Shown here one piece after another: positions 56,307-64,000 of a stretch of DNA of 64,000 nucleotides. The DNA comes from Clostridiales bacterium (GTDB lineage: Bacteria; Bacillota; Clostridia; Christensenellales; DTU072). The first letter of the stretch is position 1. Every line of letters begins with the position of its first letter. The DNA is taken from NCBI GenBank assembly GCA_012800525.1, contig JAAZJD010000004.1:10728-74727 (forward strand), read 5' to 3'. Below the pieces are notes generated by a model that searched no databases, was not told the origin of the DNA, and saw nothing but the letters and a program-made list of their open reading frames with translations. The translations under genes and the position numbers were made by a program.

Positions 56307-57002
56307 TTAACCAGAACCTTCTTCTTTATCAGCTGGTATTATGTCTTCTTTGAGAGTTGAAACATCATCTGTTTTTGAGGGTTCAATTTTATTTAATTCT
56401 TCAGCATATATGTTTTGCTCAACATGCATTGCTTCTTCAGCAATTCTTTTGTGTGCATATTTTTTAAGATTTAGCCCTTCCTTAAAAGTTGTCAATATTG
56501 CAATCTTACTAAAGGTAATTATCATAAAAAAACTAATCACTATAGCGACAGCTGGTTGAATTAATCCAAATGTTAAATTAGCAACAAAAGCACCTTTTCC
56601 AAAAAAGATAAGATCATGAAATGCATAACATAAAAGCGAGAGTAAATTGCCTAAAATTATTATAGGTAAAGCATACCATGTGGTTATTTTCTTGTTATAT
56701 ATCACATAATGTGTAGATACAACCAAAACTGATTTTGCAAGTATTGTGATCAAAATATATGGGATGTAACCAGCCGCCCAGTCAGCGAATGCACCGCCAA
56801 TTGCTCCAACAGCTATTGCATATGGTAAAGGAAGAAAGTAGCATGCTATTAAAATAACTGCATCACCAATATGAATATAACCTGTCCCTCCAGGCATACC
56901 AATTTTTATAAATGCAGTTGCTACAAAAGTTATAGCTACAAAAAGGCTAGTTGTTGCAACTAATCTCGTATTCATATTTGATTTTTTACTTTTTAAACTC
57001 AT
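56307..57002 (-). CDS. ECF-transporter S-component-like membrane protein (riboflavin-type family by recollection) with an acidic C-terminal tail
   Basis: 231 aa, about 5-6 TM segments. GYIHIGDAVILIACYFLPLPYAIAVGAIGGAFADWAAGYIPY resembles the H-x-GD...GP..G...G..G..LADL..GY signature of PF07155-type S components. The last ~55 aa are hydrophilic. Confidence 0.55.
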   Translation of the reverse strand: MSLKSKKSNMNTRLVATTSLFVAITFVATAFIKIGMPGGTGYIHIGDAVILIACYFLPLPYAIAVGAIGGAFADWAAGYIPYILITILAKSVLVVSTHYVIYNKKITTWYALPIIILGNLLSLLCYAFHDLIFFGKGAFVANLTFGLIQPAVAIVISFFMIITFSKIAILTTFKEGLNLKKYAHKRIAEEAMHVEQNIYAEELNKIEPSKTDDVSTLKEDIIPADKEEGSG

Positions 57003-58190
57003 CTAATCCTCTGACCTAAATCTAGGCGGAATATAAGTATCTTTTAACTTTAATTTGCTGGTGATATGCGAAGCTACAATAATGCCACTTGCTACAGCCC
57101 ACATTAGATTAAAACCTCCGCACTCTCCATCTACATCTAAAATTTCGCCAGCAAAATACAAATTTGAAATAAGCCTACTTTCTAAACTAATTTGCGATAC
57201 CTCATCTGTTGCTACCCCGCCAGAAGCTAGTTGCGCATGATTAATTGGGCCAAGAGTAGCATTTTCTAATCTAAAGTTTTTAATAACTTCAGCAAGTCTA
57301 TATGGGACTGTGTTTTTAGCTTCAGCCATAATTGCTTTGGCAATGCTTTTATGGAAAAAACCTTTTATTTCCTTGTTTATATCAATCAAATCAACTAATG
57401 TTGTTTCAAAAGCAGGCAAAAAGTCTAATATCAATGCTGCTTTTTTATATGCTTTAGCTCTTGCAAAATGAACAGAAACATCAAATATGGCACTTCCACT
57501 TACACCATAATCTCTAAATATGACATCACCTATGCTATTTGCTACAATCTTGCCATCAAGCTCAAGTTTGACGTTACAGTTATATGCTCTAATTCCATTT
57601 AATCCTTTTATCTTTTTTGTGTCTGTATAAATATGTGTCAAACTAGGTTTAAAATCAAAAACTTTATGTCCTAAAGCTTTAGCGAGATTTAGTGAATCAG
57701 TTCCTTTAGTTGCATTACTACCAGTTGCTAGTAATAAATATTTTGAATTAAATTTATCATTGACAATAAAAATATCATTTTCTTTTTTTATGCTATTTAC
57801 TCCACAATCCGTTTTTACATCAATAGATAATAAGTCTAGTTCAGATAATATTGCATTTACAACTGTAGCTGAATGTTTTGAATATGGAAACCAGCGCATA
57901 TTATCTTCGATTAATAGTAATCTCAAAGATTCATAATAATCAATTATTCTTTCAAGTGACACGGTATCGAAAACTCTATTTGGAAAACTTGAATTAAATC
58001 TTCCAATTATTGAGTTTGAATTTGCAAGATTACATTGCCCATTTCCTGTTAAGCTTACCTTTTTTAATAACCTGTCTTCTTTTTCAAGTATTAAAACTTT
58101 TACACCATTACGAGCCGCTGTAATTGCCGCAGCACATCCACTTGCACCGCCACCTATAACTATCAAATCATAATTCTTACTCATATTCAC
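57003..58190 (-). CDS. HI0933/BaiN-like FAD-dependent oxidoreductase
   Basis: 395 aa. It has the dinucleotide fold YDLIVIGGGASGCAAAITAARNG and the family motif TGNGQCNLAN. The start is either GTG 58190 or ATG 58184. Its stop TAG directly abuts the next gene's ATG. Confidence 0.88.
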   Translation of the reverse strand: MNMSKNYDLIVIGGGASGCAAAITAARNGVKVLILEKEDRLLKKVSLTGNGQCNLANSNSIIGRFNSSFPNRVFDTVSLERIIDYYESLRLLLIEDNMRWFPYSKHSATVVNAILSELDLLSIDVKTDCGVNSIKKENDIFIVNDKFNSKYLLLATGSNATKGTDSLNLAKALGHKVFDFKPSLTHIYTDTKKIKGLNGIRAYNCNVKLELDGKIVANSIGDVIFRDYGVSGSAIFDVSVHFARAKAYKKAALILDFLPAFETTLVDLIDINKEIKGFFHKSIAKAIMAEAKNTVPYRLAEVIKNFRLENATLGPINHAQLASGGVATDEVSQISLESRLISNLYFAGEILDVDGECGGFNLMWAVASGIIVASHITSKLKLKDTYIPPRFRSED

Positions 58191-59103
58191 CTAAAACCAA
58201 ATTGCCATACTCAATTGGACTAATTTCAAATGAGCCATCACAATTTATCGTAAGCAATGTTGTCCCCATATTATCACTAAATCCTCTTTCTACACAATTA
58301 TATCCAGCACGACAAGTTTTTTGCCCATAAACTAAATGCACACCTTTATACAAAATGTTTGCATCATTTAAATGATCGTGCCCTACAAAAATTGCTTTTA
58401 ATGAGCCGTCATTTGCCGCATTAAAAAAAGAACTTCTCTTAAATCCTGCAGAAACTGGACTTACAAAGGGCTTTTTTCTACCCGATGGCAGCATATGTTC
58501 TCTTATTAAACCATGAATATATTGTTCCTTTTTACCATTTTTAAATGCATCAAGAAATTCTTTTTGGGGAATATGAAAATATACAAATTTTGCCATACTT
58601 ATAGTGTTTTTCTTATACCAATCTACTTGCTCATCTAAAATACTCGCATATTTTTTGCAAAACCCAACCTTTTGATAGTCTCCTGAATCAAAGCCTACTA
58701 TTTCAGCTACAAGTTGTTTATTTGAAAAAAGTCTTATTATGGTATCTCCATACCTTCCTTTATTTTCACTATTTGCTGTAACACAATGTGATAAGCTAGA
58801 ACATTTTTCTATAATTTCTTTTCGAGAAGTTGAGGTAAATTCAGCATCATGATTTCCTAATAACAAAAGCCATTTAACATTATGCTTTAAAAACAAAGCA
58901 TTAATTACATCATATACATCTAATTCTAAATCCAAAACCACATTATCTCCTGTAAAAACAGCTAAATCTGGCTTGATAATTTTTAACATAGCATCAATTT
59001 CATCTAAACTTAATTCAAAAGTTTTTCCGTCTAAGTGAGTGTCACAAAGCTGAATCACTTTAAATTGATTTTCAAAATGAATTTCTTTTATATTAGCTTT
59101 CAA
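58177..59103 (-). CDS. calcineurin-like metallophosphoesterase
   Basis: 308 aa. Motifs are QLCDTHL, FTGDNV, LLGNHD and VGHDHLND. Confidence 0.85.
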   Translation of the reverse strand: MKANIKEIHFENQFKVIQLCDTHLDGKTFELSLDEIDAMLKIIKPDLAVFTGDNVVLDLELDVYDVINALFLKHNVKWLLLLGNHDAEFTSTSRKEIIEKCSSLSHCVTANSENKGRYGDTIIRLFSNKQLVAEIVGFDSGDYQKVGFCKKYASILDEQVDWYKKNTISMAKFVYFHIPQKEFLDAFKNGKKEQYIHGLIREHMLPSGRKKPFVSPVSAGFKRSSFFNAANDGSLKAIFVGHDHLNDANILYKGVHLVYGQKTCRAGYNCVERGFSDNMGTTLLTINCDGSFEISPIEYGNLVLGEYE

Positions 59104-59224
59104 ACTAACCTCTCAAAATATTTATATTCTCATTATACACTAATAATTAAGCATTATTTAATCTAAAAACTTAATTTATTTTAGGAAAGACTTTATTATA
59201 TAATTCCACCAAATTTTTATAACA

Positions 59225-59716
59225 TTAATAACTGCTAATTTCAGAACAAGCATCTATCATAGACTTATAATACCAAGCAACATTTTCCCTATTGCCTGCG
59301 TTAAACTTACAAAACATTTGCTCTCCATCTTTTAAAACATCATAATATATGCTTTTTAGATTAGACAATTTATCAGCACAAACAATTAATTTAACTCTTT
59401 TATTTGATTTTTTTATATCTTCAATAGCTAAAATTTTCCTTTCTTTCCAATCTTCAATTGATTTATCTTCACTGACTGCATTAACTAAACATGCAACATC
59501 TTCACCAAAAATTTCTTTTAACTCATCAAAAGATACATTTTGATCTTCTATAGTATCATGTAAAACACCCGCTATTAAGATATTTTGATCCGTTGTATTT
59601 GCAGACAATATTTGCATTGTTTCTAAAGGATGAACAATATATGGTATTTTACTACCTTTTCTTGTTTGATTCTCATGCTTTTTTATGGCATACCTAATTG
59701 CATTATGTAATTTCAT
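59225..59716 (-). CDS. small HD-domain (p)ppGpp hydrolase-like protein (RelA/SpoT HD_4 type)
   Basis: 163 aa. HENQTRKGSKIPYIVHPLETMQIL and AGVLHDTIEDQNVSFDELKEIFGEDVACLVNAVSE match the RelA/SpoT hydrolase domain. There is no synthetase domain. Confidence 0.8.
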   Translation of the reverse strand: MKLHNAIRYAIKKHENQTRKGSKIPYIVHPLETMQILSANTTDQNILIAGVLHDTIEDQNVSFDELKEIFGEDVACLVNAVSEDKSIEDWKERKILAIEDIKKSNKRVKLIVCADKLSNLKSIYYDVLKDGEQMFCKFNAGNRENVAWYYKSMIDACSEISSY

Positions 59717-59904
59717 ATTTACCTCATATATACATGTTGTTTAAATTTAACCAATACAAATGGTTAGCAACATTAATCCGTTTATTTTTGAACAATTAGT
59801 GCTATTAATTTTTTATTTTATATTAAGTTGTAGGTTTTGGATTAAAATCAAATCACGTGCCAAAAGGCTCAATTAAATTGTACTAAAATTAAAACCTTTA
59901 AACA

Positions 59905-59936
59905 ACTAAATAGGGCTACTTTTTCTGTAGCCCTAC
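59905..59936 (-). terminator. terminator after the peroxiredoxin gene
   Basis: 9-bp stem TAGGGCTAC / GTAGCCCTA (59911-59919 and 59927-59935). The minus strand is followed by TTTAGTTGTTT. Confidence 0.55.
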
Positions 59937-59948
59937 TGTTTTTGAATA

Positions 59949-60623
59949 TTATTTTTTATCTTTTCTAAAGCACAAGAACCAATCTAAGCAATATGTATCT
60001 TTTCCTGGATCGGCTACTCTTGAACTTGCCTTTCCACATGTTCCTGGTGGTGGCACAATTACATCATCGCCAGGTTGCCAATCTGCTGGTGTTGCAATTC
60101 CATTTTCATCTGAATTTTGCAAAGCAATTATAATACGTTTGATTTCATCAAAATTTCTTCCTGTTGATTGAGGATAATATAAAATTGCTCTAATTACTGC
60201 CTTTGGATCAATTATAAACACAGCTCTAACGGCTTGAGTTGTTGATGTTTTTGGTTGTATCATTCCATATTTGTTTGCAACTTCCATTTTAATATCTTCA
60301 ATTAATGGAAACTCAACTTTAATATTTTTCATCCCTTTCCACTCAAGGTCTTGAATTCTACGTAGCCATGCAATATGTGCATAAAGCGAATCTACAGATA
60401 ATCCAATTAATTCAGTATTAAGTGCTTTAAATTCATCAGCCATTTTTGCAAATGTCATAAATTCAGTTGTACATACTGGGGTAAAATCTGCTGGATGCGA
60501 AAATAAGATTACCCATTTTCCTTTATAATCTTCTGGGAACTTGATATTCCCTTGTGTTGTTACAGCTTCAAAAGCTGGGGCTGCTTCGCCAATCTTTGGC
60601 ATTGGATATAAATTTTCCATCAT
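59949..60623 (-). CDS. peroxiredoxin (Prx6-like/AhpC-TSA family with a Cys-containing C-terminal arm)
   Basis: 224 aa. The peroxidatic motif is HPADFTPVCTTEF, and the C-terminal extension contains three Cys residues. Confidence 0.92.
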   Translation of the reverse strand: MMENLYPMPKIGEAAPAFEAVTTQGNIKFPEDYKGKWVILFSHPADFTPVCTTEFMTFAKMADEFKALNTELIGLSVDSLYAHIAWLRRIQDLEWKGMKNIKVEFPLIEDIKMEVANKYGMIQPKTSTTQAVRAVFIIDPKAVIRAILYYPQSTGRNFDEIKRIIIALQNSDENGIATPADWQPGDDVIVPPPGTCGKASSRVADPGKDTYCLDWFLCFRKDKK

Positions 60624-60679
60624 ATTTCTGTCCTCCTTTTACATTTTTATAATTTGATATTTTATGTCATTTAAGGATT

Positions 60680-61096
60680 TTACTTGTCTTGACACTTTGG
60701 ACAAGTCCCTTGAAAATATATTGTTTTCAAATCTACCGTGAAGCCTTCTAACTCTTTTTCTAAAACTAATCGATCACAAACCTTAAAATCATATACACTA
60801 TCACATTTCACACATTTGAAATGTCCATGAGTTTCTAAACATGCATCATATCTTGCTTCACTCTTATCTATATCTTTAAGTTGTCTTACAAGACCTACTT
60901 CAACTAGCTTATTTACCGTATTATATACAGTTGCCCTTGATAGAGTTGGTATTTCAGTTAGTAAATCGGTATAGATTTGATCAACTGTTGGATGCATCTT
61001 AGTTCCTAAAAGATACTCCAAAATTGTTACCCTTTGTATTGAGGGTTTAACATTAGATTTTTTTAATTTCTCAATTGCTATTTGTTTATTATTCAT
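60680..61096 (-). CDS. perR: Fur-family peroxide-responsive repressor (PerR-like)
   Basis: 138 aa. It has a winged helix (RATVYNTVNKLVEVGLV), HGHFKCVKC and CPKC structural-Zn CxxC pairs. It sits directly upstream of the peroxiredoxin gene and has a Per-box-like operator in its own promoter. Confidence 0.85.
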   Translation of the reverse strand: MNNKQIAIEKLKKSNVKPSIQRVTILEYLLGTKMHPTVDQIYTDLLTEIPTLSRATVYNTVNKLVEVGLVRQLKDIDKSEARYDACLETHGHFKCVKCDSVYDFKVCDRLVLEKELEGFTVDLKTIYFQGTCPKCQDK

Positions 61097-61129
61097 TTTC
61101 CTTTCCTTCTCTTTATAAACACTCTCATT

Positions 61130-61177
61130 TTAGAATGATTATAATTTAATATTACACTATAAAATTCTTTGTGTCAA
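61130..61177 (-). promoter_or_regulatory. perR promoter with an overlapping Per/Fur-box-like operator
   Basis: Minus strand reads TTGACA (61172-61177), 17 nt, TAATAT (61149-61154). Five nt further downstream comes TTATAATCATTCTAA (61130-61144), which matches the B. subtilis Per box TTATAATNATTATAA at all but one defined position. Confidence 0.55.
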
Positions 61178-61228
61178 CAAAAAAAACAAAACCTCTTTTT
61201 AAAAATGCTCTATGAAGACAATCCAATA

Positions 61229-61765
61229 TTATAAAATAACTTTTTTTAAATCTTTGCCATCTAAACTTTTAATTGTAACTATGCCTTTTTCTAAAACCCC
61301 ATAGCTTCCTGGGTGTCCATCTTTTGGCAAAGATATTGAAGCTATGGTAATGTATTTTGAAACGCCAACTTCTGAAACATCATTAATATGATAATGACCA
61401 TTAATCACTGCATCGTATGCAATGGGTGTCGGGTTATATGCACTTATTTTGTGTCCATGAGTAAATAAAACTCGTTTACCATTACTTTCAACGATATATT
61501 CTGATATAAAATCTCTTTCAGTAACCATTTCATCGACTTCACTATCGCAATTACCCTTTACTAATATTACCTTTCCGCCAAGTTCAATTATTTTGTTTGC
61601 AACATCAATTGGAGAATATTCACTAGGAAAAGGATTACGGGGACCATGATAATAGTAGTCACCTAATAAAACTAACAAATCTGGTTTTTCTCTTTCATAG
61701 GCTTTCATAAGCTCATTAAACCACCTAATTGAACCATGTATGTCTGTAGCTATTAAATATTTCAT
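61229..61765 (-). CDS. yfcE: YfcE/MJ0936-family metallophosphodiesterase
   Basis: 178 aa. Motifs are DIHGS, LGDYYYHGPRN, KGNCD, FTHGH and NGHYH. Confidence 0.88.
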   Translation of the reverse strand: MKYLIATDIHGSIRWFNELMKAYEREKPDLLVLLGDYYYHGPRNPFPSEYSPIDVANKIIELGGKVILVKGNCDSEVDEMVTERDFISEYIVESNGKRVLFTHGHKISAYNPTPIAYDAVINGHYHINDVSEVGVSKYITIASISLPKDGHPGSYGVLEKGIVTIKSLDGKDLKKVIL

Positions 61766-61921
61766 AAATACCTCCGCAGTAATTATAATTTAACATGTTT
61801 TTAAATATTCAAACAAGCACACAAATTATCGGCTTTAATAAAATTTTATAATTTTTAGTTTTTTTATACAAAACTATTGTATAATATAAAATATAAAGTC
61901 TTAACAAATACGGAGGGAATT

Positions 61922-62929
61922 GTGAACAATACAATTATCGCTTTAGCAATATGTGCCATAATCACTGGCTTATCTGCTTTAACATTGGGTGCTATACTTT
62001 TAGGCACCAAATTGCTGTTTAATGCTTTTTTTAAGCGTCCTAAAAAACAAAATTCTTCACCAGTACCATCTTTACCTAAAGGACAAGTAAAGATGTATGA
62101 AAAACTAATGGGAACTACCATGAATGAATTTATTGATTACGTAAAAACCAACATTAAGAAAATCATAGATATTGAAAGACAAGAACTTGAAATCTTATCT
62201 GATGATGGACTTAAGTTAAAAGGATACTTTACTCCCGCTCCAACTCAAAGTGATATTACTGTACTTTGCATACATGGATATAAATCAGATGGGATGGGTG
62301 ATTTTTCTGGAATGTTTCCTGTTTTTAGAGAGAAAAATTACAATTATATGACGATAAACCACCGTGCACATGGAAAATCTGAAGGAGAATATATTGGTTT
62401 TGGTGTGCTAGATTATCACGACACTCGTAAATGGATAGATGAAATTAACAAATTAGTTCCAAATGGAAAAATTATTTTATACGGAGTTTCAATGGGTGCT
62501 GCGACCACCATGCATCTTAGTGAATTAGATCTGCCAGAAAATGTTGTTTGTGCTGTTTCTGATTGTGGCTTTACAAGCGTGTGGGATGAATTTAGTTTTC
62601 AATTAAAAAATCTATTTAAACTTCCTGCAAAACCTATTTTAAACTTAGTAGAATCATGGTGCATTCATCAAGCTAAATATGATTTCACCACTGAAACACC
62701 ACTAAAAGCCGTTGCTAATGCAAAAGTACCAATTTTGTTTATTCACGGAGAAAATGATGTCTTTGTCCCTACTTTCATGGTCAATCAATGCTACGATGCT
62801 TGCCCTAGTGAAAAAGAACTTTTAATAGTTAAAGAGGCAGGACATGCACAATCTCATATGACAGACCCTAAGTTATATGAAGAAACATTTTTTACATTTG
62901 TTGAAAAATATTTAAATGCAGCTAAATAA
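61922..62929 (+). CDS. membrane-anchored alpha/beta hydrolase (COG1073-like)
   Basis: The nucleophile elbow is GVSMGAAT, with later D and H (GHAQSH) and an N-terminal TM segment. I prefer the GTG start at 61922 because GGAGGG lies 4 nt upstream. The tracked ATG at 61877 lies just upstream of a TATAAT (61880-61885), so it would be upstream of the transcription start if this is the -10. Confidence 0.8.
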   Translation: MNNTIIALAICAIITGLSALTLGAILLGTKLLFNAFFKRPKKQNSSPVPSLPKGQVKMYEKLMGTTMNEFIDYVKTNIKKIIDIERQELEILSDDGLKLKGYFTPAPTQSDITVLCIHGYKSDGMGDFSGMFPVFREKNYNYMTINHRAHGKSEGEYIGFGVLDYHDTRKWIDEINKLVPNGKIILYGVSMGAATTMHLSELDLPENVVCAVSDCGFTSVWDEFSFQLKNLFKLPAKPILNLVESWCIHQAKYDFTTETPLKAVANAKVPILFIHGENDVFVPTFMVNQCYDACPSEKELLIVKEAGHAQSHMTDPKLYEETFFTFVEKYLNAAK

Positions 62930-62963
62930 CACTTCAAAAGCACAATATGACTTACTAAAAAGC

Positions 62964-62997
62964 AAGGGATGAATTTAAAAAACTCATCCCTTTTTTA
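62964..62997 (+). terminator. rho-independent terminator of the hydrolase gene
   Basis: Stem AAGGGATGA / TCATCCCTT (62964-62972 and 62984-62992) running into TTTTTT. Confidence 0.8.
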
Positions 62998-63024
62998 ACA
63001 TTAATTTATTATCCTATAACAATA

Positions 63025-63681
63025 CTATTTTTTAGGTTTTTTGCCTCTAGACTTCATATCATCATTTGTGTCCTTTGCCCAATTAGGGCGAATTCGCTTA
63101 TAACGAGCTACATCTTCTGACACTTTTGATAAGGCCTCAAAGCTAGCTTTGACACCTTCTTTGTCATGATAGTAATTTGCTACTCTATCTCTGCGTATAC
63201 CAATTCTACTACCAACTTCTATAGCATCAATATTAGCAGCGAGAAATATAAATTCCCAACCATTTGATTTTTTATCTTCAATTTGTTTTTTTACATCTTC
63301 ATAGCTATACGAACGGCTAGCATTTTCCATACCATCTGTTGTTATAACAAAAAGTGTATTTTCTGGCACATCCTCTTCCCTTGCGTACTTGTGAATATTG
63401 CTAATATGTTTTATTGATTCACCAACTGCATCAAGCAACGCTGTGCACCCTCCAACAAAGTATTCTTCGTTGGTAATCGGTTGAACTTCATGGATATCTA
63501 CGCGATCATGAATTACATCATTTGTGTCATTAAATAACACTGTGGATACCAACACCTTACAATCTAAATTCTTTTGCTTTGCAAGCATCGAATTGAAACC
63601 TCCAATTGTATCATCTTCTAACCCGCTCATTGAGCCGCTTTTGTCAAGTATAAATACTAACTCTGTTAAACCTTTTTTCAT
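63025..63681 (-). CDS. von Willebrand factor type A (vWA) domain protein
   Basis: 218 aa. The MIDAS motif is VFILDKSGSMSG, followed by GGCTALLDA and ITTDGMEN. Confidence 0.85.
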   Translation of the reverse strand: MKKGLTELVFILDKSGSMSGLEDDTIGGFNSMLAKQKNLDCKVLVSTVLFNDTNDVIHDRVDIHEVQPITNEEYFVGGCTALLDAVGESIKHISNIHKYAREEDVPENTLFVITTDGMENASRSYSYEDVKKQIEDKKSNGWEFIFLAANIDAIEVGSRIGIRRDRVANYYHDKEGVKASFEALSKVSEDVARYKRIRPNWAKDTNDDMKSRGKKPKK

Positions 63682-63772
63682 GGCTTTACCTCCAAATTAT
63701 ATTTTGATTTTTCAATCTATAATACAATTATAAAGGTTAAATATTTTATTTAGGTCGCCTCAAAAGCGACAT

Positions 63773-64000
63773 TTACACACCTAATAATTTTTGGTCAAAA
63801 GCAAATAACACTTGGTTTATTTCATAAATATTGTACTCGCGATTTTTTATAAAATATTCAATAATTAAATCAAACTTGTTGCTATGTGAAAGTGCAAATC
63901 CAGCCTTTTTAAGTAATTCTGTCGTTTCTTTCAAATCTAATTCTAATGCTATCGCAAAAGCAACCGCAGTCTGTTTCGCTGGTTGATAATGTTTGTTATT
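63773..64000 (-). CDS. C-terminal part of an XRE-family-like regulator (partial; N-terminus right of the window)
   Basis: Hand translation in frame from nt 64000 to the TAA at 63773-63775 gives [75 protein letters not shown]. This is the C-terminal module I recall from Firmicute HTH (XRE-type) proteins. Confidence 0.6.
   Translation of the reverse strand, partial: NNKHYQPAKQTAVAFAIALELDLKETTELLKKAGFALSHSNKFDLIIEYFIKNREYNIYEINQVLFAFDQKLLGV

Noticed and set aside
60624-60679. A second Per box in front of the peroxiredoxin gene (ATATCAAATTATAAAAA on the minus strand)
   Set aside because: Only one half-site (ATTATAA) is recognisable. The 56-nt gap has no convincing promoter, so co-transcription from the perR promoter is the simpler reading.
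61864-62121. 85-aa minus-strand ORF opposite the alpha/beta hydrolase gene
   Set aside because: It is antisense to a gene with clear catalytic motifs and a good RBS, and it overlaps that gene's promoter. It has no recognisable features.

Overview
AT-rich bacterial chromosomal window, densely coding, with 30 of 33 protein genes on the minus strand. All family calls come from reading motifs in the translations. No database search was run.

Layout, left to right:
- (1) A partial Cof-type HAD phosphatase, uvrC and a lone tRNA-Glu(CUC).
- (2) A ~39-kb block (2.8-41.8 kb) in which four very large surface proteins are interleaved with signal-less glycan-catabolic genes. The surface proteins are a 4073-aa and a 1283-aa lipoprotein built from Ig-like repeats, a 1982-aa GLUG/MBG-like protein with a C-terminal TM anchor, and a 522-aa N-terminally anchored GLUG protein. 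The catabolic genes are a GH2 beta-galactosidase, a GH20 hexosaminidase, an 810-aa GH-like protein, a GPH symporter and an FGGY kinase. Citrate synthase and a catalytically degenerate IS200/RayT-like (HUH-Y1) protein also sit in the block.
- (3) A complete Type III restriction-modification pair (mod-res) abutting tRNA-Ser(CGA), followed by a LOG/TIGR00725-type gene and an unknown membrane protein on the plus strand.
- (4) Housekeeping and stress genes: YfbR-like HD nucleotidase, PiT phosphate transporter with its DUF47 partner, two large unknown polytopic membrane proteins, an APH-fold protein lacking both catalytic aspartates, a coupled metallophosphoesterase / HI0933 flavoprotein / ECF-S-like operon, a small HD (p)ppGpp-hydrolase-like protein, perR-peroxiredoxin with a Per box, YfcE-like phosphodiesterase, an alpha/beta hydrolase, a vWA protein and a partial XRE-like gene.

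No CRISPR array, integrase, transposase with intact catalytic motifs or prophage genes were seen.

The least explained signals are:
- the dead HUH-Y1 gene, whose conserved hairpin recurs 18.7 kb away;
- long intergenic leaders carrying tandem repeats (76-bp, 122-bp and 60-bp periods);
- a set of noncoding blocks that are almost free of C on the sense strand of the flanking gene (downstream gene at two loci, upstream at the third);
- the regulator-less locus that mixes giant adhesins with glycosidases.
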